Part shown: one piece after another, positions 26,712-41,558 of the stretch
How positions within the stretch are numbered: position 1 is the stretch's first letter
Layout of the letters: each line of letters begins with the position of its first letter
NCBI GenBank assembly: GCA_964016885.1
Contig: OZ024742.1
Span: forward strand, 269,576,001 to 269,640,000
Source: Eledone cirrhosa
Lineage: Eukaryota
Length of the DNA: 64,000 nt
Reading direction: 5' to 3'
The notes under the pieces: model-generated
Databases searched by the model: none
Told to the model about the DNA's origin: nothing
Seen by the model: only the letters and a program-made list of their open reading frames with translations
Translations under genes and position numbers: made by a program

Positions 26712-27755
26712 ATCTCAGCGACTGCGAGTTTCTTGAAAAAGGTGTCGCAAATGGCGAAATGTTGCGTGAAATCGTATGGAATATGTGGGAGGTGGAAAAA
26801 ATCGTATTTTGAAGAGTTAAACGGCTGCCACGCCGTCCCTGACCAAAAATGCAAAGTGTAAAGCTACTATAAGATGTGCAATGATAGGTTCTATCGTAGT
26901 TTAAAAGTTGAACAAAATAAATTGATTTATGTGTGACGTGGAGCCGAAGTTTCGAATTTCAATGAAATCGGTTGAAAAATGTGGGAGCTAATGACAGGTC
27001 GCCGTCCCTGAACAAAACATGCTAAGTGTAATGCTACTATAAAATGTGCAATGATAGATTCCATCGTAGTATAAAGGTTGAAGCAAATAAATTGATTTAT
27101 GTCTGAGGTGGAGCCCAAGTCTCGAATTTGAACGAAATCGGTTGAAAAATGTGGGAGCGAGAGCCGAAAAGGCGGTAATTTGAGCGAAAAGGTGGTATTT
27201 TCGAATATTTAAGCTACTGTCACGCCGTTCCTAAACAAAAAATCCAAAACGTGAAGCCACTTTAAATCGTGAAGTAATCAGATCTAGCGTAGTGTAAAAT
27301 TTCAACAAAGTAGGTTGATTAATGTGGGAGCTAGAGTCGAAAAAGTGGAAATTTGAGTCTAAAAGTTGTATTTTTGAATATTTAAGCGGCTGCCATGCCC
27401 TCCCTAAACAACAAATACAAAATAAAAAGGCATTACAGTATGTGCAAAGATAAATTCTATTTTGCTTTTAAATCTGAACGAAATCGATGGCAAAATGTGG
27501 GAGCTAGAGCCAAACATCTTATTTTTGGATACCTAAAAAAAGGTGACCCCCCCCCTATCGATTTTATCTGCAGAATGACCCCAGAATAAAAAGAACGATA
27601 CGCTAACATATAGCAAACACTCCCCGATGACGAATCTATGAGCCTGTAAAGTTACATTAAAATCGGTCGTAAGATGTAGGCCCCTATAAGTAATAAACAG
27701 ACACACAAACACACACACACACCCACACATACTTAATTTTATATATATACAGATA
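26708..27755 (-). mobile_element. Probable non-autonomous Helitron remnant with ~175-bp internal tandem repeats
   Basis: gaaatcg...aaaatgtgggagc recurs near 26765, 26965, 27134, 27320 and 27481; the right end ttttatatatatacagat resembles the termini at 18514 and 56674; no CTAG end seen. Confidence 0.55.
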
Positions 27756-29839
27756 TACATGCATACGTATATATGAATATGTATGTGTGATTGTTATTGT
27801 GTGCACAGGTGAGTGTATTCGTGCGTTCCTGAAGAATATAAATATGTAAACTCTCTGTCATCTCTCTTTCGAGGCTGAATGATCAGCAATATACTTCATG
27901 TAAATGGTAAATCAATCTCTTGGAATCTGGTATTTCAATATCATTTACACTAAATGGAATAAATAAAGACTATAGTGTAGAGAAGCAAAGATGAAGAACC
28001 ACACTATATAGTGCCATGTATTGAACCATTTTACATTTAAACAACTGTGACTCTTTCACAAGTATATAGGAACAATACTCACAGATGCATCATATATATT
28101 TATATACATTGTTTATCAGATTTAATTTAATTCATCCCTTTTCTCATTACCGTGTATATTTCCCACTACAAGGTTTCTTTTAATTAGCCCCATGCCGAAA
28201 CTAATTTAACATAGCTATTATGAAGAACGTTCCGAAGTAATTATTCCCTATTCCATTTTGGAGATCACTTTCAAACCTAAAGCAAAAGTGTCGTTGGGAG
28301 CGCAAACTACAAAGATTTGTAACATATACGACGTGGCATCGAACAATTGTGTTTGTATACCTGTCTGGACGTATGTCATACCAAATATGTTTCAATCTAT
28401 ATGTTGACCTCAGATGAATTTGAAATCAGTGGTTAAAGCGCCGGAACAAATACCACCCGAACAATTGCATGTACCATATTTATGAACCAATCTCCACCCT
28501 CTCTATTATAACTATTACATTTCATTTTAACTCTGCATTGTTATGAGTTTAAAACAAATCACATATCCCCTCAGATATTATTTACAGAAGGAGATGCGAG
28601 AAGAAGACAACCTTACATAAGTACGGGTTAATCAATGCAAATCCCCCCCCAACCATTGTTGAAATAGATACATTAAACTTAAGTCAGAACCCCTGACAGA
28701 ATTAGAAACAAACGTTGTTCTAATTCCAAATAGAATATTGTTGTCTGTTGTCAATGATAAAAAATAAATATACTCTTAACACTGTTAGCATATTGTTTGT
28801 AAATGTTTAATACAGACTAACTGAGATTAACACAACTAGCAAAGGAAAGGGGTCTTTGAACGTAACATAGCCTAACATATATGTCAAAATCCCACTGTAA
28901 CTTGTCCCAGATTTTTATTATAAAACTCGCAGATTCATAAATTCGAATGCTTAATGTCAACCACTACATCTCTAAACTTAAATAATAACTTGCAAGTTGA
29001 TCGATTGCATAGATAATCAATTTGCCCCACAAGTATATTAGTTGCTATCTAAATGAGATTTATTAATTAGGGTCACTGCACTAACGCGTTTGATCATATG
29101 TTTGTATAATCATGGTTGACCTAGACGCTAAAAAAACAATTACAATAACAACTATATACGCTGCATTTATGGTGATGCAGCTACAAATTTATTGTTTCAT
29201 CGATTAATCAAGTATATGGAAGTATTATTTATCTTCGTTGGGGGGGGGGGGGCTGTCTGGACGTTGATATATCACACATAATATTATTTGGAGATGAATT
29301 TAAAGTTACGAATTACACGATAAGTAATAAACTTATCGTTATATCATGTTTTTACAGTCTAAATTGGTTACCTTATTGCAATATCTATTGAGACATAATT
29401 TGAATTGTAAAATCATTGTCCGTAAAATCAATATAGTCCCTAGTCTCACTCCATATTATATTCCTATTCCACAAAGCATTGTGTCAAAAGTCCGTTTTCG
29501 AAATCTTAGAACATGTCAAGTATATAAAAGGTAATTCTAGCTGGGAAACAAATCCTTCTCCCAGTATTACACATTTTGACAATTAAACATTTATATTAAT
29601 CAGCATACTTTGATGTTTGCAACTATGATGTTTATTTATTTATATTAGATATTTATAGCGGAGTAATTTAAGTATTTGTTAAGTGACTATATTGTCGATA
29701 CCTTTAGAAAAGTTACCTACGATTGATTCGGCTTATTTATATTTTCTACACACAGTCGGACATACATACGCATTTACCAGTGAATACACACACTTACACA
29801 TGAAAAATACATACGATTTGCCTCATGAAACGTGGGTTG

Positions 29840-30680
29840 AATGATATGTCTCTGTCGGTGGTGCTGGCTTATGCACCAAACAATGGGTCCAAATACAGAT
29901 CCATCCTTGATGAAGTCACTGCAGCATTAGATGAAGTGAAGATTGAGTCACATTCTGATGGGATTCTTCAATGCTCATGTTAACACTGACAACCTGACAG
30001 GGAAAGAAGTGTGTGGAAGGAACTGCATCGCCGATACAAATACACATGGAGAGGCCTTATGAGACGTCTGTCTATCAATCGACTCTCTATTACGAGCACC
30101 TTCTTCCAGCACAGAGACGTCCACAAACATATTGTATAAGAGGAATCATGGATAGAGATACATAATTGATTGTATTCATGTCTTCAGCTCATCGATTCTA
30201 TGCTGGATGTTCGTTTTAAAAGAGGGGCCGAGCTGAAACGTGATCACCATCTTGTCATCTGTATGCAACCTGCGACTACTTAAAGCCATGCAAGTCCACA
30301 AAACTGACAGGTCCAGGGATAAGGATAAAATAAGTAGCCCTAGTGGATATGTAAGTTATGACAATATACGCAAATACGATTGCATCCAGATTCAGAGAAC
30401 TTCCTGAGCAAAATGCCGGCGTTGAGGCATAGTGAATAAACATTTGAGCTCAGCAGTTTCTGTTTCAGCTGTGGAATGCGCCGTGTGAAAGAGGCTTGAT
30501 GTGGTGCCGGATGGAAGGAGGACTCATTGGTTCAATCATGAAGTCAAAGATGCTATCCGAGCAAAGTAGGAGGTCTATAAAGATTGGATTGGGTATAAGT
30601 CCTCCTTCTTGCACTTACGGTACATGCAGCCACGAAGAATCACAGAAGGTACAGTAAAGACGTCCGAATTTAAAACATGA
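29840..30680 (+). mobile_element. Decayed LINE APE-endonuclease region (RTE-like)
   Basis: VVLAYAPN, ILMGFFNAHV, TFFQHRDVHKH, GAELKRDHHLV in shifting frames. Confidence 0.65.
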
Positions 30681-30789
30681 GAGGACTCTGGAGTTTAGCT
30701 GAAATTCGAACTTTTTATCAAAATGTATATGGGAGTTGTATTTTGATATTCTTAATTTTATGTCGGATCTATGCACCTGCTTTTATTGT

Positions 30790-31728
30790 AGTACATACAA
30801 CATCCTTCACTAGCTATGCTGATGACACTACGGTAACACAGGCAATCAAAAACCCGGCTGACGCTGCCCTTTTACAACAAGATCAGGATGCCATATACAA
30901 ATGGGCGGAAGACAACAACATGCAGTTTAATGCTGGCAAATTCCAAGCCCTACAAGACAAACTTGCAAACCCAAATACAGTACAACACAGTTATACCGGT
31001 CCTGGAGGGCCCGATATTCCCGTGTCGAAATCGGTACTAGACCTGGGTATGGACATGAGCGACGATGTATCTTTTTCCTCACACATCATGAAAGTGGCGA
31101 CAATGTGCAGACGACTCATTGACTGGATCTTGAGGACTTTCCAGACAAGAGACCGAGACACCATGTTGACACTATGGAGGACATTTGTCCTAAGCCACAT
31201 GGACTATTGCTCCCAGTTGTGGTCACCCCATAGTGGCAAACTAACCACGGATCTTGAGGCAATCCAGTGACGCTACACCAAGAGGATTGCGACGATGAAG
31301 GAGATAAGCTACTGGGAGAGGCTAAAAGAACTGAACCTCTACACCTCGGAACGAAGACGAGAGAGATACGCAGTGATCTACATGTGGAAAATCCTGGAGG
31401 GACTAGAACCAGGCTTTGGCATTGGGAGCAGATATTGCAATAGCCTGGGGTTCATGGGCCCTTAACACTTCAACAAGCTGCCGAGGGATCTGAGAGATCT
31501 GCATCGTGTGGATGTGCATGCTTTCAGGAAACATCTCGACATCTTGCTATCCATGATCCCGGATGAGCCCTCAACACGGCACGAGGTGTAACCTAAGGGC
31601 AGAAGCAATGAACCCCCTCTTGCACAAGTGGCCAACCAATGCAGGCTGGAGATAAAATGTGTAGCAACAAGGACGGTGCCCCAGCATGGCCTCAGTCGGA
31701 TCGCTGGAGCAGGTAAAAGCGTAAAAGA
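30790..31728 (+). mobile_element. CR1/L2-group LINE 3' fragment (RT)
   Basis: SYADDT, WAEDNNMQFNAGKF, FVLSHMDYCSQLWSPH, YWERLKELNLYTSERRRER; short gtaaaag tail repeats. Confidence 0.85.
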
Positions 31729-31729
31729 C

Positions 31730-31762
<33 letters not shown>

Positions 31763-31924
31763 GTATTAGTTATACTAGTTATGGTTATGTAAATACAAAA
31801 CCTTAAGCAGTTGTAAGTATTTTACACACACCCTAAATAGTGGTAGGCAGTATTGTATTACTACCTTATTACCAGTAAGTTAAGTAGCTCAATGTAAAAA
31901 CATCAGATGATTTACAGAGCAGTT

Positions 31925-32001
31925 ATATGAAATATAAGAATCAAAGAACTGTTCAAAACATTATATGTTTTGAACAGTTCTTTGATTCTTATATTTCATA
32001 T
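31925..32001. repeat. Perfect palindrome, ~37-bp arms
   Basis: atatgaaatataagaatcaaagaactgttcaaaacat-tat-atgttttgaacagttctttgattcttatatttcatat. Confidence 0.9.
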
Positions 32002-32093
32002 ATATATATATATATATATAAGCATAGTTGTATTTAATTTGCTGATTATTCATCTAATTTATTTATTATAACAGATTCTAAGCACTCTACTCG

Positions 32094-32453
32094 TTTCCTG
32101 GAGTATAATATCAATGATATTAATAAATGGAAACTAAATTCATAAAACCATATTTATTTTATTATATATATTTCAAGGGAACCAAAACAACTTTGGTACA
32201 CTCTCATCAGATAAAATACAAAATTTGTTTTATAAATACTGACATACCCGATAAACCAGACTTTATGGAACCTGAACCGATAAGGTCTCGTTTATCGTGT
32301 ATGTCACTATTTATAAAACAAATTTTGTATTTTATCAGATGAGGGCGTACAAACATTTTTTTTGGTACCTTTGAAATATATATAATAAAATAAATATGGT
32401 TATATAAATATAGTTTCCATTTATTAATATCATTGATATTATACTCCAGGAAA
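32094..32453. repeat. ~175-bp-arm foldback of a PLE terminus
   Basis: tttcctggagtataatatc ... gatattatactccaggaaa with the centre near 32275. Confidence 0.9.
32157..32216 (-). ncRNA. Type I hammerhead motif (mirror copy near 32330-32390 has the mutated core CAGATGA)
   Basis: ttttat-CTGATGA-GAGTGTACCAAA-gttgt-TTTGGTTCCCTT-GAAA-TATAT-ATA/ataaaa. Confidence 0.7.
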
Positions 32454-32474
32454 GTTTCCATTTATTAATATTAA

Positions 32475-32550
<76 letters not shown>

Positions 32551-32552
<2 letters not shown>

Positions 32553-34145
32553 TTGCGTAGACTACGCAGCATATGAGCATAAACGCACCTGTACCGTGTC
32601 GCATTTGTGACAGTATTGTATAAGCTCAATGTACGAGAATAGAGCCGTTATATGTAAAATAAATCAAAGAACGCCTACATACTCATACCATTTTTATTTG
32701 CAGACAATGTTTCATCCATACCATTGGGCAGGAATCATCAGAGCTTTATAAACAAAAATACAGTGCTGGGTATAAGCTCTACCGAGCTTAATCACATGAG
32801 CATTATAAATAAAATAGAGGGCAACACGAGGGAGATGGTGAATGGCGAGTATGGAGAGAGTGCATAGTGGAGTTGTTATTCAGCACTACAGCTAAATGCA
32901 ATGGTACAGGCAGCTATTTTTACAAGATGCAGAAGCACGTGAGGGCACATAAATGCAAAAATTATAAACACTAGTTAAAACATATAATAAAAAGTAAAAG
33001 GAAAATAATAATATAAAATGATAAAAAAAAAAAATAAAAAAAAAATAAAAAAAAAAAAAATAAATAAAAAAAAAAAAAATAAATAAAAATAAAAAAAAAA
33101 AAATAAAAAAATAAAAACATAAAAACAAAAAAATAAAAAAATAAAAAAAATAAAAAAACAAAAAACAATATGTTTTAAAGCACACAAAACAGGAAGCTAT
33201 GCCTTGGTCACTATATATAACAGATGATTTAGCTCTCCATAACTTAAAGTTATAGAAATACTAAAAGGCTCCCAAGGTATCTTCAGAAAGCCCAAATGCG
33301 ATTTTATTCCTCTCCATAGTATACATAATCAAGGTATACTAGTAGGTTACGGAATTATGTGGACCATGGGTGCTAAACCTGTATATGTACATGTACCACA
33401 TAAATACAAGCCAAACACAAGCAAAGCGGGGTTAATGCATGATAATGCTAAAGCAAATATACATAACAAAAATGGTTTAGTTCCTGAAAAAATACACATC
33501 GGGCGAGGAATCACTACATATGTGTATCTACCGTAGAGGTCAGTCCAATCGGTTTCAAATGCCTCGATTGTCTTGGAGTTATAAATATAGTCGATTATCC
33601 ACAGATAGTAATTCTGTCCAGAGTTTACAACATATTTAGATCATCCGTAAAGTGTAATCCATTCGGATATATACTATTACCAAAACATAACATCACATAT
33701 AGTAACATGCAATACAGGCTGAATATAGACATAAAAAAAATCAAAAATTAACTATTGTTTATACTTTTTGCATTTATGTGCCTATACGTGCTTCTGCATC
33801 ATGTGAACATATCTGCTGTACCATTGGCCATATAGCTGTAGTGCTGAATAACAACCCTACTATGCCCTCTCTCCATACTCGCCATTCACCATCTCCCTCT
33901 TGTTGCCCTCTATTGTATTTCTAATGTTCATGTGACTAAGCTCGGGAGAGCTTATACTCAGCACTGTATTTTTGTTCATAAAGTTCTGATGATTCCTGCC
34001 CAATGGTATGGATGACACATTGTCTGCAAATAAAAATGGTATGAGTATGTAGCCGTTCTTTGATTTATTTTACATATAACGGCTCTGTCACAAATGCGAC
34101 ACGGTACAGGTGCGTTTATGCTCATATGCTGCGTAGTCTACGTAA

Positions 34146-34148
<3 letters not shown>
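32551..34148. mobile_element. PLE-like remnant with ~400-bp inverted termini
   Basis: 32551-32985 pairs with 33751-34148; A-rich spacer; (TA)n on both flanks. Confidence 0.85.
32700..32744 (-). ncRNA. Type I hammerhead motif (mirror at 33982-34027 has GAAA>GACA)
   Basis: gct-CTGATGA-T-TCC-tgcccaatggtat-GGA-T-GAAA-CATT-GTC/tgc, then AATAAA; weak helix I. Confidence 0.6.
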
Positions 34149-34225
<77 letters not shown>

Positions 34226-34228
<3 letters not shown>

Positions 34229-34274
34229 TCAGAAGATCCCGTCAAGGGTGAAAGCAGCGATTGTTTGCTTAAAC
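34226..34274 (+). ncRNA. Isolated hammerhead motif with one core mutation, in (TA)n
   Basis: gttt-CAGAAGA-T-CCC-gtcaa-GGG-T-GAAA-GCAG-cgattgt-TTG-CTT/aaac, then aataaa. Confidence 0.55.
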
Positions 34275-34377
34275 TTTAATCTGTTAATTTAATAAATAAA
34301 TATATATATATATATTTATATATATATATATATATATAAGTTAATTTTTAATTTTTAAAATTTTCTTATTTTACGTC

Positions 34378-34500
<123 letters not shown>

Positions 34501-35225
34501 TATATGTATAGTATATTTGGCAATATACCGTATGTTAAGAATCCAGCTTCTATAACTTTCGGTGGAAGCTGCGGAGTGCGTGGTTCTGATGTACGCCAAC
34601 CAGTGTGAACCACACTGTCAACCTCTCTTCCATCTTTCGCCGAACCTAAGTAAGTGACTGAGTAACTACTTTAAATCTGATACCGTATGGTCTTCTAAAT
34701 TTTTTAAAATTATAACATACGGTATAAGGCAAATATACTATACATACATTCATATATACATCGCTATTTTAGAGCACCAATCATAACTCTTAATTTTTGC
34801 TGGACCGGCAATCATTTTGTATAATCAGCTCCTGATTATTACTGGAATTCTGTAAGAATCCAGCTTCTATAATTATATGAGTGTGTGTGTATGTATGTAT
34901 TTATATATGCTTATGGATTTTATTTATTCATTCTCTAATTTTCCTCTGATATTGAAATGCAGTGAAATTCAATCGAATATTTTATAGAAATTCAGATTCG
35001 ACAGTGTTTACATCACAATCAGACCCTAATTAAGACATAATCATGTTATTTTTATTATTTACTTCGTAATTATGTGCAGGGAAATGAATCTAATTTATCT
35101 TAAATCAATGATAAATATCTGAAGCTGAAAAATAAAAATTCAATGCGGAAGGATTGCGATGATATCTGGTAAAACAAGAACAAAAACATCAACAACAATA
35201 ATAATAATAATGATAATGATAATAA

Positions 35226-38200
35226 TTTCTTTATTGGCTACAAGGGTCGACATATAAGGGATAATTCAACAGACAAGGACAGTATTGGTTTACATATATA
35301 AAGATAAATATATGAATAACAATAACAAAATAACAGGAAAATCGCAACAAAAAAATTACCCATTAGGGAGGATTACCACCCTTGGTGGAATGACGTACCC
35401 AACCAAACCTGAACAAAACGACGCTTCGAGGTGAACCAGGATGGGGACCCCTCTCACCCTCGAATGAACTAGCCTACAGGCGCGTGTTCCAATTAGTACC
35501 GTTCACACAGTGCATTCTCGAGATATTCATCCACCTTTTAGCAATTGTATACGGGGAAACACTTCTCTCTCCACCCTAAATTCTTTTCCAAGTCAAAAGG
35601 TTTATGAGAGATTTGTAGTAGAGGAAAGTGTATGACTTCATTCCTTTTAACCTGGTCCACCATACGACCTCTTTCGCTAACGCCACCAACAGAGGAAAAT
35701 TACCTGCCCTACCCGGCCCCAAAAAGGCCGTGGGTCGATCTTCACTGAAGACTCGGTCGTTAGCCGGATCCGTGATACACGTCACAGCTGTTGTTCGACA
35801 AATATCCACAAGTTTGCTAAGCACATTCAATGGAGCAGTGCGTGCAGAACGGTTTTGTCTTTCTGCGTGCAACCCGGGAAGGTCTGTCTAACAGACCTTC
35901 AGTATCTGTAGAGTGTATCTCAAACCGGCATTGATCGCCTGTAGTACAGTTAAGTGAGGGATTTCTGGAAGGAATCCTTTGTTCCGGGGAGGAAATTCTT
36001 CCGGAACATACTGGTCAGTCCGACTTCATTGACGCCCAGAGCTTCTCCGTGTACGTCGTCGCACTTGCCCACAATTAATCCTATACAGATCTCTAGAGTG
36101 GAAATAACACTGACCGCAATGCACGCCTGGTAGAGGGAAGTGAGTGCCTGGCACCATTCCAGTTGCCAGGGACCCACTGAATGTCGCTTCTTGACACAGG
36201 ACTGCTGCTAAGTCAAAGAGACAAGCTGCGGAAAAACCCGTCTCACACATGGTGACATCCCCTGTTCAAAATGTAGGCAGAATACCTGAATATGCCACCG
36301 AATCAGCGCATGTTCGCGTATCATTAGCCAATGCATGCCCAACCCTAAGGAAAGAGGGTATTGGCAGCAGATAGAGCGGCTCGCCAATGGAATATGTCAC
36401 ATCCACAAGAGGTTGAAGAGGAGCCGCTCCAGAATGGTGTGGCGCAAACGGGGGAAATCCTTAAACACATCGAGGTCTGGCTCGATAAAAACTCCGAGGA
36501 TATATACAGGTTCACCTGTCTAGCGCCCTAAAACGCTATTCAACGGCATATACCTGCTTCTCCAAGTGCCGATATGCAGGCTTTTCCCGGTTAAGCGACT
36601 TTTTCCGGTTAAGTTTCGTTCTCCTCAACCTTTCATATTCCTCCAATAAGGTTCCGACCATTTAGAATTTCGAGGTCCCTGACACCATTACGGTGATGTC
36701 TGCTCAAGCCGACACAGCCTTTCCGCCTGCTGGTTTGAGCAGGATGCTCTCAAACAGCTCCTGCTTCCGCAGTAAAGCTTCGAGGATCAATACGTACAGA
36801 TCGGCATATCTTAAACGCTTCCAAACGGTGGCCATTAACTTGGACCTGCGAGCAGATGCCGCTGTTTATTGCAGCAATCAAGCCCCTGAAGACGGGACCG
36901 AAACCATCTGCCTTGAGGAGAGCCTTCAGGTATCGATGGTTGACGTCATCGTAACCTTTCGATTGATCACCGAAGCCAGGTTTATATCCTACTCTCTCTA
37001 TGATGTATTGTATGTGTTAGTCGTGTATGGATCAGGTCGGAGTTCCACAAGGTTGCGCTATCCTCTTCGCTAACACCTTGGCCAAAATCTTAAACTGTGT
37101 TTGAGCAGATTTATGGTCCTGAAATTATCTAAAGTATCCCTCTCGTTTTCGTCTTTCCTCACCAGCGTCACTACACCCCGGCTAACAGAGCAAGAAATAC
37201 TCCCATTTTCCTACCAGTTTCATTAGAGTGATTGGAGAAGATCGTAGAACAAGTCGACCTAAACTCGTAGTGATGACAATCCGAACCGTGTGACATGTTC
37301 CTCGGGCAGCCCACTAAGGCATCCCGAATTTCGGTCGAAGTCATTGGGCTTTGCAGCGCCCAGCATCGGGCGTCGAGAAACGCAGCAGGCTGGTGAGGTA
37401 TGGAATGAAGTCCGGCAGCGTTTCCCACCCACCACTCCCTCCACACATCTGACTGTAATAATTCAACTCGCCTCCGTCTCGGTCCGTCAAACACCGAATT
37501 ATGGTTTTATTACCCCGCTGCACCGCTACCAATCAGGCCCATCGAACAGCTTTTGTTCCTTCGTTTTTCGCATTGAAGAAATGGTCCACTGCCATTCCCG
37601 CAGCGAGCACGTCGGTTGCAATGCCACACCTAATCGCTACATCTAATTTAGTTACTAATTTACCCTCCATTTTATTTTTTCCTAACGCTACATCTTGCTG
37701 AATACTATGGATTCTATTCATATCGCTCTCTTTAGAGCGCCACACCTCTTGGTGTTGGCGATTGCTCCCGTCAACTTCTGCTTAACTAATTTGCTAATTC
37801 TGTCGCTGTAGGTTTTACGCACCGGGAATGGCAGGTTAAGATTACAATAACCGGGTCCCTGTCTACGAGATCTCTCTAGGTCGCCCATGCATATCACAAA
37901 CTTGGGGTCTGTATGTAATTGTGGACAACCTTTACTAATCTTATCCACTAACCTGATTCGAAAACTGTCTAAGGACGATCTATGCCTCTATGTGTTTTGT
38001 CCTCGTTCACACTGGCGCATTAGGGAAATCTAGTTGGTACCTGTCAGACAGTTGGGACTGGCTAATCAGATTGTTGGGGCTTTTGCAAATCCCACTTCTA
38101 TCGGCTACTCCCACACAGTTCCAGCGTGCGTCCAAGATGCCGTACCAGTCCCCCGCTGATAATAAAAAGTGAGGCGTTCCTCGAAACGCTTCCAGACACC

Positions 38201-38800
38201 TAAAGAATTCTGGCCGACCTGCCCCAGTCGGGGCCTAGACAGCCATCAGACTAAAAGCACCACCTTCACTATTGTTCACATCAAGGATCATCAGCTCTCT
38301 GTGCTGGTCAAGGAAGATCGTCCATACGCCGAGACCAAGGCCCTTTCTAAATAGCTCTGCCAACCCGTCTCCCATTCTGTGTACATCTCAAAGTCCTCAA
38401 GAATAGGGACTAGAGCGTTTGTCCGAAATTCTGGTCTCGCTGACAACTGTGATATCAACTTCTAAAGACCTGTGGTCGTTGGGCAAGTGACCTTAATTTG
38501 AGGCCGACCCTAGGCCACGGACATTTATGCATCGCCATGTTGCTCTGAAAAAAAGAGAAAAAAAGGGTTACTTACTCTCCGTGTCCTGTTGGAGATCGGG
38601 TGTTTCAACATCCATTTCTGGTTTGTGGTGTTTCTTTGGCAACACCTTGACTTGAGGCTTTCACCTTGGGTGTTCGCACTTCGTTGGGGAAACTGTCTCT
38701 AATTGTCCTGTAATTCTCTAATGGTATGCACACCACCATAAGGGTATGTTATACCTTGAAGATGCGGGTGCTAAATGCCTCCACCTTTTTACCTATTACC
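35226..38800 (-). mobile_element. Decayed near-full-length L1/Tx1-type LINE (EN and RT remnants)
   Basis: CINVRGLG near 38520; degenerate SPG.DG and GFGPVF motifs; 3' end caataaagaa followed by an (ATT)n tail; homologous to 58230-59420. Confidence 0.75.
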
Positions 38801-38959
38801 TTCCTTCGTGTTATGAAGGTCATTAATTTTGGACTTCCTCACTAACACGAAGTTAGTTGTTGTGGTTTTGAGTTGCTGATGTGTGTGTATCTGTTCAGTT
38901 GTTTGTGTTAGTTTTTTGTGTTGTTGGCGGATGTCGTGTTTGTGTTGGTAGACGAAGAA

Positions 38960-40660
38960 GGAATGAGGCAAGAAGCAACTGGACGAAGGAATTAAAAACA
39001 AATTTCACCAAATATTATCTGATGAAAGATCCCATCGAAAAAAGACTATACGATACGCATGCTTAATCTGGAATGAGGTTGGTCTATTTAAATTAATTGA
39101 ACATAAACTAGCGAGTCAGGCTCGTGTAATAAGTATTAATCAATGGATAAGCGAGATGGACGTAGAAGAACTGAGCAGATAGATTAAGCTGGAAATAGAT
39201 AGTGAAGTATATCGGGCAAATGAGCCAGTACTAAATGAGAATGAATAGGTTGAGAGATCTGAGGAAGCAACCGTAGCCGACAATGACCGGAATGCAGAAA
39301 TAAATAACACCTGGAACAGGATATGGCTATTAAGGAAATGAATACTGACAGGCTAGGGGAAGATTTTGTTGATTTTCTGAACTTAGTGGTAGATGAAATG
39401 AACAATGATAGTGGAAAACCTATAAATCTGTTTTGTAGACAGAAAAAGAGGAAAAAAAACGAGATCTAAAGTAACCAGGGTCGCCACATAACTTGAGGCG
39501 AAATCTTTCCTCAAAACAACCACAAATTACTTGGTATAAAAACGAGAGGGAACAACAAACAAGAAAGATCAGAAACTTGCTGGAAGAAACGACTGAATGG
39601 TCAAATCAAGGTAATGAGAAGAGATATTGTAAAGTTTGTTTCTTTACTAGATGGGACATTAAAAAACACTGGCCCTAAGGATAGTTTAAAAATAAACTAC
39701 AACACGAAGGGAAAAGAGTTAAATGTTATCACAGAGGAAGTTAAGAAACATATTGTCGCAAAAGGCGCAAAGATTAAACGATATGAGAAAAGAGTTAGTA
39801 AGTATAGACAGAACTGCATGTTTGTCAACAACCAGATGATATTATTTGAACAGATTGAAGGGAAAGACGTGATCCCTGAAGCTTAACAGGTTAAGTCATT
39901 CTGGAGAGGAATATGGGAGCTGGGTGTTGATCGTAAAAGTCAGGGAGTGTGGATTGAGACAGTTAAAAAGGTGGTTAGTGAATGTGCACACCAACAACCT
40001 GATTTGAGAATCACAGTCAAAACTCTTAAAAAGGAGGCCAATAAAGTAACACATTGGAAATCACCAGGCCCTGATGGTATACAAGTTTATTGGACCAAAA
40101 ATATAACGCCCCTCTATCCAAAACTGGCAGCCATGTTAAATGACTGTTGGTGTCGGGTGATGTACCAGAGTGGTTGACAAAAGATATCAAAGTTCTGGTA
40201 ATGAAAGCCCGAAACAAGGGTAATGTTATTACAAACGATAGGACTATTACACTATTGCGTCTGAGGAAATAAACTATCGTCTCCACGTAAACATCTTATT
40301 GCTGGACTAACAGAAAATGTGCCGGAGGATGTCCCAAGGTACAAAATACCAGTTACTTATTCACAAGATGATAATAAGGAACTGCATGAGGAGGCATGCC
40401 GTTCTTGCCATGGGATGGATCTACTACAAGAAGGCATTCGACATGATACCTCATTCTTGGAATACCAAAAGGCTTCAAGGTGGCAGAAACAATCAGACAA
40501 CTATTAAGTAATAGTATGAAGACATGGGCGACGGAGCTAACAAAAGGTGGAGTATCATAGGGAGGAGTGAAGTTGAAGAGAAGTATCTTCCAAGGAGATA
40601 GTTTGTCCCTTTTTGTTTTGTCCTTACACTCATACCTATGTCACTCATATTGCGAAATGT
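38960..40660 (+). mobile_element. Decayed R4/Dong-like (RLE-type) non-LTR retrotransposon
   Basis: [63 protein letters not shown]. Confidence 0.75.
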
Positions 40661-40792
40661 AAAAGCATTTGTTCGATCAATGATACACATTGATTGCCAG
40701 GTAAATTAGCAATGGAGATATAAAATATACAGAAGCGAAAACAAACACAAATTAAACAGTGAGTGTGTTCTATTATTATTTCTGGCAATATT

Positions 40793-40865
40793 ATAAATCC
40801 CGCGAGGTTAACTTTGCCTTTTATCCTTACGGGGTCGATAAAATAAAGTACCAGTAATGCACTGC
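40793..40865 (+). mobile_element. Partial SINE
   Basis: aaatcccgcgaggttaactttgccttttatccttacggggtcgataaaataaagtaccagtaatgcactg. Confidence 0.85.
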
Positions 40866-41481
40866 TACTATATTTAGCTCTAGACCTAGCTATTGACCAG
40901 TTAATTTTATTGTTCATTTTTTGTCGATTCTATTAAATGATGAATAGCTCCTGTTTATTTTAACATGTCTATTGAGCACTCTTATTCGATATGTGTTATT
41001 CCACACTTTTCCGAATATTTTTTGCGGATATAAAGGTTATCTCCCTTGCTGAAATCCATGTGCGTATTTTTAGCCTGGGTTTTGTCTTTTCATCCGTTCG
41101 GACAAAGCTCGTTGAAGAAGTAACTCCAGTCCCCCGTTGTCTGTAAGTCTTATATTTTTATGTGAGCTGATAGAGGACGGTTTAAGGATTTACAGAAACC
41201 CAAGAAGCTAGATATACCATCTCTCTAGTGGGTCCGGGTATGCTTTTTACATTCATTTCATTTATTGATTTATTGATAATTTATCTGAGTGTCCCGAATC
41301 TTCCATATTGAAATTTTTCGGTTATTTGGTTGATTGTAGACATATTCTACGTGTGACGGTTTTTTAACGATAGTTATAGCTCTGATTTATTTGAATTATA
41401 GAGCCCTCTGCCGCTCATCTCGAATTTTGTTTATCGTGAACTCGTGCGCCGATTTTTCGATACTCGATTATTCTACTATAT

Positions 41482-41514
<33 letters not shown>

Positions 41515-41515
41515 C

Positions 41516-41558
<43 letters not shown>

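Noticed and set aside
27800-29750. Unique AT-rich stretches as possible host exons or enhancers (also 42350-44650)
   Set aside because: No recognisable reading frame; function cannot be supported without conservation or expression data.
36880-36910. CTGAAGA-cgggacc-GAAA hammerhead-like string (similar at 58807)
   Set aside because: It is the antisense of the GFGPVF codons of the L1/Tx1 RT; there is no helix I or III and no NUH site.
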